A DNA stretch of 64,000 nt from Basidiobolus meristosporus CBS 931.73 (lineage: Eukaryota; Fungi; Basidiobolomycota), in assembly GCA_002104905.1 (NCBI GenBank), contig MCFE01000142.1, forward strand, positions 1 through 64,000. The letters are read 5' to 3'. The notes beneath the pieces are model-generated. The model saw only the letters and a program-made list of their open reading frames with translations, ran no database searches and had not been told where the DNA came from. The position numbers and the translations under genes are program-made. Positions 28,042 through 40,524 of the stretch are shown piece after piece; position 1 is the first letter of the stretch; every line of letters starts with the position of its first letter.

Positions 28042-31000
28042 TCACAATAGCGTGATTAATTCGAACTGAAAAAGAGATTCCACTTCTGTATCTTCGTCTC
28101 TAGCGACAACCACCTCTTCTTGCGTTGCCAGGGGCTCTTCTGTTGATTCGGAGTCATCAGAGAGCTCCTCAATGATCCACTGGTTTTCCTGATGATCGAC
28201 CTCATGAGCATTCCTAGGCTGATCCTACATTTAAAGTGGGTTATTCGGGCAGCTAGCAAGATACCGTTGAGGATTGGCATTACATTAACATCCAACGTCA
28301 TAGAAGCAGTAACCATAGCTTCGCGCTCGTGCGGGTTAGTGGGTCTCTTGCGAGGCGTCTCGTCAGGACTATGTGTGGGAAAGCACATTTGCTTGGCCTC
28401 TGGATATACGGCCTGAGATTGAATGTTCAGCAGACTATCGGAAATCAATCCAGCCGACTGCTGACTTACCGTCTGGTGGCTAGTGTAGTAATCCGTGTAT
28501 TCCTTTGTCAGAGTTCGGGTAACCTTTCCGCCATACTCATAGGAGCCTCGCTCACTTGACGAAACTGACACCTATATGGCAATTTCATGTCAGCAATTTG
28601 GACGTCAGCCAAGATTGGGTGGGATTCCCTGCGAACCTTCTCTACGTTGGCTTCTTCCGAGCACGTTTCCCCGGATGATGCACAGGAATCAACTTGGTTT
28701 GATACGCACCCATCCGACATCGAGGGAGCCACTGCAACATCAGCATCCTGGACAAAAATCGCGCAACACTTTAGTTTGATCCAGCAGGGTTCCATTGAAA
28801 AAACAATTTGCGAACCTGCGTCTCCGATGACGCGATGCTGCTGCTGCATTCTAAATGGGAATCTGGGGATGTAACCGCTGTTGATTCTTCTGAGAGCTCG
28901 GTCCCCAAACCCATGTTTTCCGAAGAACTGATGGGCCACGTTTGCTGGGGTTGAGTTAGGGAGCTGCTGGCCTGGCGAAGCGCCTCCAGTTCCTGTCGGA
29001 CTTGGTTTAGCTCGGCCACTTTGGATATGTAGTCTTTCATGATGGATCTGGAGTTGTGGAGTTCCAAGCCATGGCTGCTTTGGATTCTTTCCAGCTCTTG
29101 GTCGTGCTGATTCTGGAGATGTTTGAGTGCTGCCTTCACCGACCCAGAAATCCTGGCCTGATGGTTGGGTAAGAAATCAATCGACTCGGACGAAATGGAA
29201 TGCCAGCTATACGAAAACCTACTTGGAAAGTGCTTTCCACCTCTTGGACATATTCGTGAAACTCCTCCTCCGTAAAAAGATGCTGCGAGTGCTGGATCTC
29301 GGCGCTGAAGGTAGCGATTCGCTCTATGCTTTGGTCTTGCTCGTGCGAAGCCTTGAAGGCCTCCATTTTGGCATGCAAGATGGCTCTTTCAAAGGACGCG
29401 ATGTCCAGCGCGTGCTTCTCGTCCAGTTTCCGGAGCTCTTTTTCATGCGCGACGGTAAGCGATGCAATTTCACCATCACTTATTTGAATCTTTTGGGCGA
29501 GCGCCTCGCACTGTAACTGTAGCATAGTTGCTTCCTGCTCGAAGTAATTGCGAAGCCCTTTGGTCTCCTCCATATACTCCGCATTAGCAGCCATCAGCTG
29601 TCCTTTGAGGCGCATCACTTCATGCTCAGCCGTCTCCAGCTCAGAGATCTGTAGTTGGCGTTGTTCAAGAAGGGTTCGATTCTCCGACTCCAGAGCGTTG
29701 AGAGCAACCTGCTGTTCTGCACGAAGGTTGGCAATAAATTCAGCATGCTGGCTTTCTAGCAATTGGAGGTCTTTCATGTGTCCGGCCTTGATGCTTTCTA
29801 CTTCCTGTGAAGCCTTCGGGTTGGCTTCGCTTTCTACCACCCGGTGTTTGAGGGCTTGAAGCTCTTGAGCCAGCTTTCGGACCTCATACGAATGGGTTTC
29901 GCGTAGAGCGGCCAATTCGCCTTTATGCAGTACCTTCAGGTTCTTCACGGTATTTTTGCACTGCAGGATGGATTCTTCGTTGGCCGTCAGGGCTGATTGC
30001 AGCGATTGCTGGCACTCTGACCGAAGCGTCTCCATCTGTTGTGCATGCTCGGCCTTGAGCAAATGTATGTCGGAACGCAGTTTCTCGGTTATCGTGTCGT
30101 GGGATGAGCTGAGGCTATCTAGGTTTTGCATGTAGGACGCTTTGGATTCCTCGAGCTCCTGGGAAACCTGAGAGAAGCTCATCTTGGCTTGATTCTCCAA
30201 AAGCCGGAGTTGATCCCGATGCTTCGTTTGCAGGCCGGCAAGTTCCATCTCAAGTGACCGGAGATTCTCCTGGTGTTCGGTTCGAAGTGAAGCAAGGTCC
30301 TTTTCGTGGTGAGCTTCCAGGGCCGTTTTCTCTTGCGTGTGGAGGTCCATCAATGAAGAGAGTTCTTCCTCAAATCGTTGACGTGCAGCCTCCAGTTCGC
30401 CTCGCGTCTCTTCCAAGTTGTCCTGGCATTCTCTGCGGCTCTTCTGCAATATGCTAACCTCTGCTTGGTGAGAATCGACCAAGTTTTGGATGTGGCTCTG
30501 ATGCTGCTTATTCAGAGCTTCAAGGTGGCGCTGTTGCTCATCCCGGAGGGCCACCAATTCCGAGTGGAGGTCGAGATTCTGTTGGGACAACCGATGCACC
30601 TCCAAATCCTTGGATGCGACCAACTCCGCCTCTCTCCGGGCCAAATCATCCATCTCAGTCGTCTTGCAGGTCCGCAACTGGTCCAATTCGATTCGATGCT
30701 CCGATTTCAATTTCTCCATTTCCGCGGTGAAATCCGTTTTGAGCGATTCCAATTCGCTCACATTCTCTTGCTCCAGCTGTTGACGTTGACCATGGTCGAG
30801 GGGGATTTCACAAGGGTCCTCCGTGGCTGAGGTCGTGTTGACCTTCGATAGTTTTGCCCGCAGCGCTTTCAACTCGGCCTCTTGCTTCTGAAGGAGATGC
30901 TCCTTCTCGGCTAGCAATCTGCAGGCTTTTTCACTCTTTTGCTTCATTTCCGCAAGCTCGGTGGTTAGCTTGTTGAGCCCTAACGAGGCACCTCGGGTGG

Positions 31001-31838
31001 CGGTGGGGCTGGTCGTCTTTCTTTCAAGAACAACTCGACTTTTTGCGGAGCTACTTAAGGTGGCCGAAGTAGGTACACCTCGTTTGACAGAGGGGCTTGT
31101 GCTTGCAGAGGCGAAGGGGGTCGTTGGATTGACGGGTGTTCTATTCAAGGAATTCCTCATCAGTGTTGGGGATTTCGCTGCGGGGGTAACCGGCCTCGAA
31201 GTGCCCTTGGTGTTAATGGGGGTGGCCGTGGATGACCTCGTTGGGGTCACTGGAGTCCGAGCAGGAGATTTCGGAGTGCCTCTCGGGGGATTTCTTCCGA
31301 TAGGCTCTGAAGCTTTATTTACAGCCGGTGCCGTTGTAGAAGTACCGCCAAAGGAATCTCGTTTCGTTCTTGTATTGGTGGGTGGCATCGAACGTCTTTT
31401 AGAGGGCTCTGGCGTGGTCTTTTTCGCGGCTACTTTCGTTTCCCCAGCCCTGAAGGAGGCTCTGGAAGTGCTGGAAGTCCTGGAGGTGCTTGAAAGCCTC
31501 GAGGCAGGTCTGGACATCTTCTCGCTTTCCGAATACGAGCGCCCATGACCGCCCCGCCCGTAGTTGCCCGGCGTCTTGGGTAGTTCCGGTTCTTTGGAGT
31601 GTGTCGGAGGGGTTTGCCGCTCCATCTCTCCCGGATCCTCATAAAGAGTATACTCCTCTTCTGAAACGACCTCCTGAGGCTTGATACTTTCGAAGTCGAC
31701 TAAAGAAGCCTCTAGTTCAGCCCGGGTGGTAGTAGGGCAAGGCGTGGGTGGTTCAGCAGCTAGAGTATCCATGTGGTCAAGGCGACAGCGATACTCACTG
31801 TACTGTTCGAAGCCTTGCTTTAACTGAGTGATTAGCAA
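28042..31838 (-). CDS. Large protein: basic S/T/P-rich disordered N-terminus, ~600-aa coiled coil, acidic tail; several 3' introns, ends approximate
   Basis: 900-aa ORF 31838-29136 continues via GT-AG introns into the 29139-28771 and 28571-28042 frames. Coiled-coil composition; no family recognised. Confidence 0.75.
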
Positions 31839-31974
31839 CCCCTATTTTTGGTCAGCGCAGGAATTTTCAGGTGGCTCTAGCAGTCTATGAGAGCAGGCAA
31901 AGCGCAAGTGGTGTGTACGGGAATCGAAGTCAACTGAGTTTACAGACTGATCTAGGGAGAAAAGAAGGGTAGGT

Positions 31975-32014
31975 TGAAGAGGAAGAGGAAGAGGAAGAGG
32001 AAGGGGAAGGGGAA
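31975..32014. repeat. Polypurine microsatellite (GAAGAG/GAAGGG)n upstream of the coiled-coil gene
   Basis: gaagaggaagaggaagaggaagaggaaggggaaggggaagg. Confidence 0.85.
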
Positions 32015-34493
32015 GGTCAGGGAAACAAGGGAATATACGACCTCGATGATCGAGTCTTGGCTGATGAAGTGGAGACTAGCAAGGAGGCAGAGTCAATGTA
32101 ATGGGTTTTCGAAATTTCACTGAAACTGGCCAATGATCCACACACCTCACAATTAACCAGTATTACCTACTAATACTGTTAAGGTGACACGGGAATTTTG
32201 CTACGGCCAACTCTGATTGGTATCACGCCTGGTTCAGGACTCCTCCTCATGCTGGTGAGTGTGACTGGAGTAAACCCCAAGTATCATCACCAAACGAGAT
32301 GTACATTGCGATGTGCCAATTTTGGTCGAGCATTAATTCGATTAAGCAACACCTATCAATGCCAATTAATCCCCGCCTAACCACGGCCATGACGTGGATT
32401 GGTGTAACCCGGGCATGGCACTGGTGGGTGGCCCATCTCTTCTGCCCTCCAGAAGGTGTGGAATCGACGATCAAACCAAGAACTGGCATGGCAACCCGTG
32501 TTTCCAGGCATCGAGGGACTATGGGAGGTCCCATGGCGATTGGCATGCCGGTGCAAGCGCAACGCTGCTGAGCACACCGGATTCCGGTAATTTCCCGACC
32601 AGACCACTGCTTCCGGGAGGGGCCATGAAATGGAAGCACTCCAGCGCACCCTCGTTTCATGTCTTTTGCAGGGTCTACGCCTCCTCTAGAATCGACCCGA
32701 TGCCACCTGATCCCCTGCCTACGAAATTCCCCAAGGTACGGCCCCGGAGGATCCATCGGCTCGAGGGGGTGAAGGGTCTGCTCTATGTGCTCAGGCCTCG
32801 CCAAAATCCGATCTGGCCTACCGACCAATCCACTCATCCCCAGGGGTGTCCTCCCGGCAATCCCACCAGGCTAACTGTATTTTGGTTGAATCCCTGATGT
32901 GTGCGACCGGTGGTGAGAAAGTTTTGGTGTTGACGGGTCCTTCATAATATGGTAAGCCCACTAGTGGTAATGTATGCGGAGTAACCTAGGGGTCGCCAAT
33001 CCCATAACTCCCCCATAGACCATCGGTTCCCTGTAAATTCGTCTGCCCACTGGTTTTGGTTTTTGGCGAGAGTGGGTGAGCATGCGTGTGCGGCTGACTA
33101 TCTCGAGTCGCCTGGTGCACGATCATCTTGTTAGCCCACCTAATCCTTGTGGAGATAGGGTGACCATCCAAGTGCAAGGTAACCTATCATATGTGATGGC
33201 CTAGCCACCATCTGCTCTATCCAAACCTGGCTGGCTTTCAAGATGCACTGGAAATCTATCGGGTGCTTCATAAGAGTTGATTTATTATTAGTATTCCTAC
33301 TGCTGGAAGTGTCTTTCATATTGATTCGCCCATACTCGGCCTTACATGTTGAGCTTCTTTCAATCAGATATATAATATCATTGAAGTAAAGCCATAAGGA
33401 CTTGATCAATCAGATTCTACTCTACATCATGTGGATAGCCACAGACAAAAGTCATTGTTAAGAAAAGTGGTCAAGTTACTACTCATTGAACACAGACACA
33501 GGTGCTATTAACTACAATGGACCATGTACTCAGAGATATGGGGGTATACTAGCTCAAGTATTAACAAAAGAAAAGCTCTAGTTAAGATGAGGGAACATGC
33601 ATACATTTCTACTTCCTACCAGGGTAAAAAACCTGTGGGTGTCTTGTTGGCCTTTTGGCAGGCTTCCCATATTATTGACACTCTGAAGAGTAATACCCCA
33701 TGGAAATCTCAAAGTTGGAATTCATTGGATTCTTAGCTGATGCTCAGCTAGTATTCTGATGGCACTTCATTGGTATTTGGCTGGTGTTTCTGCTTCAAAT
33801 TTCAGCTGCAATTTTTGGTGAAAGTAATGGGCAGATGATGGCCAGATTTGCTATGAATGCCAGTTGGCCTAGTCTCCCACCAGAAAGATTGACTACTTGT
33901 CTGCTGTGAAGCCAGTACCAGAGATGTTGCAAGTTGTCATTTTTGGGAAAGCTGGAATATAGCTGATATTATGAAGGTATTCTGCTGCCATTTTCTTAGC
34001 TTTTTCTTCTCAAGGGGTTTGGTTTTACAGAATGAACTGGTCCAAATCAGTTATCCAGATCCTATCAAGACACTGCTAAAACAACTGCTTGTGGGATCTC
34101 TTACCCATCTTGATGTTGCAAATCTTATAGTTACACCTATGTACTCACTTGATATAATCTCCCTATGAAAGACAGTTTGGTCCTGCAGGTGAATTCAATC
34201 AAGATCAGTCATCAAGATCCCACAATGATGCCATCATAATACCTGCAGCATTGAATTACTGACCCTCTTTACTATCTTATAACAGGGTTGTGATGGTGTT
34301 TTGCTGATTTTACTGCTATACAGGTAAATAATGTTGATGATGTTTTGGCTGTCCTTTGATTGGTTTGAGTGGCCTTCAGATAGTCTAATTTTGTCCTAAA
34401 CATACTTGAGTGGATCCAATCAGCCAGTACATCCAATTGCCATACATGGAAAGAAACCTGATGGTATTTTGACAGCCTTGATGTGAACATATT

Positions 34494-35000
34494 GTTGTGC
34501 ATCAACATTTAAAATTTGGCCAATTTCACTCCATTAGAAAATTCAGTACCCTAACTAATTTTCCCTGACCCAAACATAGCTAATCCCTGTTACGGTTTAT
34601 TTTATCACTTCTCAGAATCTATTTTTAGCTGTCACACCTGATCAATCTTCATGTGGTCATTACATCCTCAACTGATCTGCTAAGCCTTTCCAAGTGACTA
34701 GTCATCAGAGATTTATGTAACCATTGAGCAGTTGCAAAGACATCAGCTGATAAATGATGCAATTTTTCATTTATCTTATGCACCTGTCAGCACCCCAACA
34801 GATTTCAATTAGTCCAGTCTCTTGGCGCTTACTAATGCAATTCAATCAGAAAAGTATAAATAAAGTTTACTAAACCTTTTGGTTTAGTGTGTGACTCAAC
34901 AAATTAAGAATTCAACAAATCCATTATAGTTTCTACCCAAGCTTAGTATATCTAGCACTCTCAAGAACACCAAGCCTAGCCTGCATAGCAAACCTACTCT
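34494..35000 (-). repeat. Inverted copy of repeat 'R' (1033-1562)
   Basis: Reverse complement aligns by eye across ~500 bp with 1033-1562. Confidence 0.85.
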
Positions 35001-35099
35001 GTTGCCTTTATAGCCCAACTCAGCTATATATAAGACCAATATTAGACCAGAACCACTGTGGTAATATTTCTGGCACTCTTGGCAATTCCAAAATTCTGC

Positions 35100-36900
35100 A
35101 CTTAGTTGTCACTTAGGTTCAGTTAACTCATTCAAGAATTTTATTGCACATTTCTCTTGGATACAACACATATGTTAATATTATAGTAGCAGTAGAGCTG
35201 CCTACAGCTAGTACTGTATAATGCTGCCATACCAACTTACCAAATGGCATTTCCTTTTGCTACCTCCCCTTGCTTCATTCACATATTCCATTGTAATTCA
35301 CCCCAATTTATTTGCTTACCCACTATCACTGTAGGTATTTAAAACATAGTCTAGGTCAGAAAAAACTATAGCCTCCTGCTTACTAACCTCTACATATGCA
35401 CATGCCAGCTGCATTTGATGCACTTCCATCACCTCAACTTAACAGCTTTTCAGTGTGATAATTGTAAAGTGTCATTTACTTTATATTTCTGGTTGCATAT
35501 ACATCTGCAAACATATGCTTGGTTGCCACCACTTTTGCAATGACTGCCTTTTGAATATCCACAAAATACTTCTTAGTACTTGGACAATATATTCCTTCCC
35601 CCTTCTAGATTCTTGTCCCCCTTATAGGTACACTCCAGTTCTAGTTTATATGAGCTCCATATTGAATGGTATAGAAGTTAGCTTGTACTCAGGAGAAACC
35701 TGGCATACTCTTATAAGACTGTCCTAATAAGAATTAGTTGCTTGTTGCATCCAACTTAAGTTTGAATTACTTAACTATTACCCATGCATTGGGGCTGCTC
35801 AGCTTCTTAATGCCAAAGGCATAGGTGTCTCCATGTGGACATCTCTCCTCAGTCTTCTCTAACTCTTCTTGGCTGTCCTCCATGTGCCAGCTCATCACAT
35901 CTATACACACTTGAAGGTATAATCTTGATGAGATTGGGATATGGCAATACTTGCAACTTGACTTGTCTTCCTATCTCCCCACACATCTGCTCCAATGAAA
36001 GCTCCAAGAAGGTGAAGCAAGGTCCAGTATTCTCCACACACCAAGCAAGATAGAGTATAGAATAGACTGCCAGGTTTGCTGCAATTGCATGCTGACTTTT
36101 GTTTATTCTCTCTATTGGGAAATGATGTTTGCAGTGTTGGTGTATGGATAAATATAGTATGTGGGAGTTGTGGAGTAGATCCCTGAATCTTACACATCTA
36201 ATAGCAATACTAACCATTATGCCCAGAAAAACCAGCTATCTTGCTAACAGAAAGGGTATCTCCAATGCAGATAATGAAATGTGCTTTGACATGATAGCCA
36301 TACACAAGTATCCTACCAGACAACATACAAAGTTCATCTGGCAATGGATACAAGTATCAATCCAGATTGAATGATGATTTAGGCCCAGATATTAGTGACA
36401 CTATCATCAGATTGCTGCTCAGATACTGTATGTTTGGCAGTAAATTCAGGTTGACATGATTGAGTTGCCAGCAGGATCAGCTAGCAGAGTACTTCTTCAG
36501 TGAGAGACCATTAAGAGCCAAGGCAAAGCCTCAGTCACACATACCTTCAGAGTAGCCCTTGCTTCTTAATTGTTTATAATGTTTGCCATCAAATATATTG
36601 GAGATGTTTACACTTGATTGAAACTGAGTGTGGCACTTTATGGCTGCATAATGTTTGTGGGATTACATGTGCATCTTTAGACAGGGTATCACTGGAATAT
36701 ATCTGGAGCATAAACAACATTTTCCTCCTGTGATGGTGGATTCCTGATTGGTTGGACACCATGCATTGGTGGCATTTTCCAATGTGAATGCCATGCAACT
36801 CTCAACACAGGCTGGTACCTGAATGGTCTCTGGGTCATATGTTCATACCTGCATGACTGTTTTCCACTTTTATCAAGTACATGGCTAGTTGCATCCTGGA
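35100..36900 (-). mobile_element. Decayed CACTA/EnSpm (Transposase_21-type) transposase
   Basis: Minus frame with stops: CVESCMAF, YIPVIPCLK, ISNIFDGKHYKQL, LLPNIQY..N...LISGPKS..NLD*YLYPLPDEL, IGDTLSVSKIAGFSGHNG*YCY*MCKIQG. Confidence 0.75.
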
Positions 36901-38065
36901 ATGGTATTGCCAAAAAGTGTCAGTAAATCATCAAAGCCCTTATTACTAGTATTGATGCAAGTACACCACTACTGTAGCCACAACATCATGTCATTAACCA
37001 GTACATTGATTGCTAGGCTCACTTGGTTTCCTAGAGTATCCTTGGCCTTTTTCTCTATGGGTATTGTCTCATTCCATATTGCAATTTTGCTGGGCCAATG
37101 CAGGGTACTACTGTGAGAGGAGATAGGCTCAAAGATGGACTGTAAGCCATCTTCTTTAAGGCTATAACTCCATGGGTCATATTCATAAGATTGAGGTAAG
37201 CCAAAGGGCATTTCAAACACACTCAAACTGGCTTGTACAAGATGATAAGTACAGCTAGGTGCCATTATTCAAGTATCAAGTGGGTGGCAAGATACCATTG
37301 GTACTCTATTGATGGCTGAATTCCCAGATACAACCTGTGTGGCAATAGACTGGCCATGAACTTTGTAATACTTTCTATGCTGTCTGCATTAATCACAATT
37401 AAGAGGCTTGTTACAATAGATACATGTTTGTTTTTCTCTTCACTTATGGTGTTGAAACAAAGTAGTCTGATCCATGAAGCAAGCATCTTGATATTGAGTA
37501 CTGTAATGCTATTATATCACTTCTCTATCAATACCTATGTGACTTTACAACAGTCAGGTACTTGAGATATCCCATACATGAATATGTGATTCAATGATGA
37601 CCCACCATTGTAAGCATTACAAATAAAGCTGTGATACCACATACATACATATATGTAGCATTATTTCCCATTTGGCTAGACCTACTACAATATATATGCA
37701 GCCAAAAAATAAAGCAAAATTGTCCAGCTCCCAACCAAACTGAACTACTGACAGCAGCAGTAGAACAGTTGCACAACAGCTTCCTCTGACATTCAGTGTA
37801 ACAAGCAGGGCTGCATCCAAAAAAGACCATGTTGAAAGTGTGCCCATGGAAGGCAATAATGCGGACTCCTCAGGCTCTCTATTGTGTGGGCAACTGGTAT
37901 CTCTGCAGAGCTGCACATTGATCATGATGTTAGGTGGATGAGAGTGTGGCAATTGCAGTACCATCAGTAGAATACCAGCAAATGACCATCATAACCTCAC
38001 CACTTCAAGTATCAGCAAGTATAATGTCAGCTCATACCAAAGCATCAGTAAGCTAGCTAGGTGCA

Positions 38066-38640
38066 GTGGCTGATAGGATAGCTGCTATGGCTAAGAGAAA
38101 TCTGCAAATAGTCCAGAGGCAAGAACAGCAAAAAATATGTGTAAAGCAAGCAATATCCCAGGTAGAAAACACAATATCTAGGATGCAAAAAAGAAACTCA
38201 AGTAGCTCAATGTCACAGCCAAGAATAGAGGCATTTCCCAATAAAACAGCAGAGGAATATCTTACAGTCTTTGAAGCACAAGATCATTGCCTAAAGACAA
38301 ACCCAAAAAAAACCTATTACAGCATGGGAGGGAGAGACTGTGATCTTTTTACCCCAGTCTAAAAATAAAATGGCATTGAAGATCTGTGAAGCCATTAGGT
38401 GCAATGATAAAGAGTGGACAAATATTCAGGAGACTATTAGAAATCTGGCACAGCATCACTTCAAGGCCAGCACACCATGGGACCATCAGGAAATAAAGGC
38501 TAAGCAGAATGCACTTGATCTGTTCTATGACCATTGTCCTGGATTCAAACAAGCAAACAGAACTTGGGCCAGCAACAGTATGCTCAGAATGTATTGCAAT
38601 AGTAGCAGAAACTATCAAAGGCAGAAGAACAATGGTGGCA
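38066..38640 (+). mobile_element. Possible accessory ORF remnant of a DNA transposon (divergent from the CACTA transposase)
   Basis: Two overlapping ORFs; LKICEAI...W.NIQE.IR....W..Q...F.QA..TWA...L.MY..N.R resembles fungal TE-associated helical ORFs. Weak evidence. Confidence 0.3.
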
Positions 38641-39253
38641 GGGCCAAAACTAGCATATTGCTCAGAACAGTGCTTTTCTTGCTTTATTTACTCTTCATAA
38701 GGCTCCTGACACACTTTTCTTAGTGGTTCCATACTTGTATAAATATATTTTGCATTATGGAGTTTCTTTACTATCTTGTTTACACTCAGTGGATGTCTTC
38801 TTGTATAGTATATATTTTGGATTATTAAGTTATTTATTATTGAAATCAGGAATGAGCCAAGAGTGAGGGGTTTCAAAAAGGAGGCTGCACACAAGTTATA
38901 TCATCTGTAACTAGTGCAGTATGAAACAGATGTGTCCATTTGTGTCTCACCTTGTGGAACCAACTAGATTCTGAACAAGCATTTTACCTAGGTGATTAAT
39001 GTACTGTGTGATATATTAGTAGAGCCAAGTGGCTTGCAAGAGTCATATCCCCAGGATTTATCAAGGGAAGAGTTTGCAAGTATCTGACAAAGGCTAAGTG
39101 ACAACCATAGAGAATCAGAAGGTAAGCATCATGTGAAAGAGTACAGACTGCAAGCAACTGCAGCAAGATTGTGCCAGTGTGCTTCAATGAGGTCTTTGCC
39201 GGACATTACAATACCAGCATGCTGGCACACATCAATCCAATCACACCAAAATT
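38640..39253. mobile_element. Heavily deleted third PHIS element fragment (transposase C-terminus + ORF2 piece)
   Basis: Minus KIVKKLHNAKYIYTSMEPLRKVCQEPYEE matches the end of 43463-43909; 39007-39250 is homologous to ORF2 at 46250-46500. Confidence 0.6.
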
Positions 39254-40386
39254 TGTTGTGTAGTATTATATTTGGTTTGGGGCTTGTCCTACAATGTAGA
39301 GGCTAATCAACAATATACAATCACTTCCGGTATGCTAATACTGAAATAGTTTATTGGGAGTTTGATAAACCAATAGAGATGTAACTTTCACCAATATCCT
39401 CAATCTTAGGCTCAAAATATACAGTAGGCAGTGTTTCTCACTTGTACAGCAGTGTTCTGACCTTCTGTCAACTATTGGGCTTATTTACTTTTAGATAACT
39501 TTTCTATATTTGGAAATCATATACCTTTCTAAGAAAATATTTCCAAATATGGAAACTACAGACTCCCCTTTCACCTAAAGGGGTGCGGTGTAGAAGTCTC
39601 TAAAGGTGTCTTTAGACCTAAGGGGATGTCTAAAGGGGTGTCTTTAGAGTAAAGTGGCTTCTTATAGTGGTCTCAAAATGGACTTTACACTAAAGGGGTT
39701 CTTAGCAGGGACTTTTCCAACAGAAAAGTGGTAGTTTTCTTGTAGAACTTAGATTGGATCCTTGTGAGCTTTGCAGTTCCCTTACCAATGTAATACCAAT
39801 CAAAGTCAGAATGCTCAACAGTGCAAGTGATACAGAGGAAGTCTTATAAACTTCACACCTGTAATTATTGTGTAGAGATTCTGGAAAGAGAGGCTTTCTT
39901 TGTATTTTCCAGCTGGGGAAGTCATATATATGAAAATTATGAAGGACCAAAGCTTTTGGACAATTGCGCAAGCAATACATAAGATACAAAGCTAAAATCT
40001 TGCAGTGGTGCAGATTGAACATAGGTGCAGCACCTGTGAGAATCTTATGTGCTTTGAGTGGTTGGTTCAAAGTTACATGTAATCAAATTCACCATGGTGA
40101 TCCTAGCAATAAAGGCCTAGTATACATGGTAATTGAACTCTTTTGATCATAACTCCTAAGGGCTGCTTCAAAGGAGCTGCAATTTGAAATGTGTGTTGGC
40201 TATGGAGTGTTCTGCATCAAATAATATTCTTTGGTGGATTGCTTGTCAGGATCATCAGCTTTTGTCCTTCAAAGCAGGAATTTCTTGATCTTTCATTTGT
40301 GTGTTATGATTACAAAAGCAAAATAAAGAAATGAGGGCCATATTGGTTTACAATTTTGTGGTAAAAGAATACTTTCCATAACCACA
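39254..40386 (-). mobile_element. LTR family X, copy A (solo/remnant)
   Basis: TGTTGTG...ACCACA termini; aligns with 50562-51752 and with inverted 54422-55647. Confidence 0.75.
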
Positions 40387-40524
40387 CATCTTATATGCAT
40401 TGTGAGAGTCTTCTGAGTCATTGACACTATCACTTTGTCAGTCAGTGGGATCTTCACTCTGTCTGCAATGGAGGATGTAGAGAGAGTGATAGAAAATTGC
40501 TTTGCTCTGCAAACTCATCTACAA

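Noticed and set aside
33400-34490. hAT-like or other transposase remnant
   Set aside because: CpG-depleted and probably TE-derived, but no diagnostic motif could be read in any frame
35455-35727. SWIM finger / MULE transposase (CKHML)
   Set aside because: The CxxC and CKH parts are in different frames, and the adjacent minus strand is clearly CACTA
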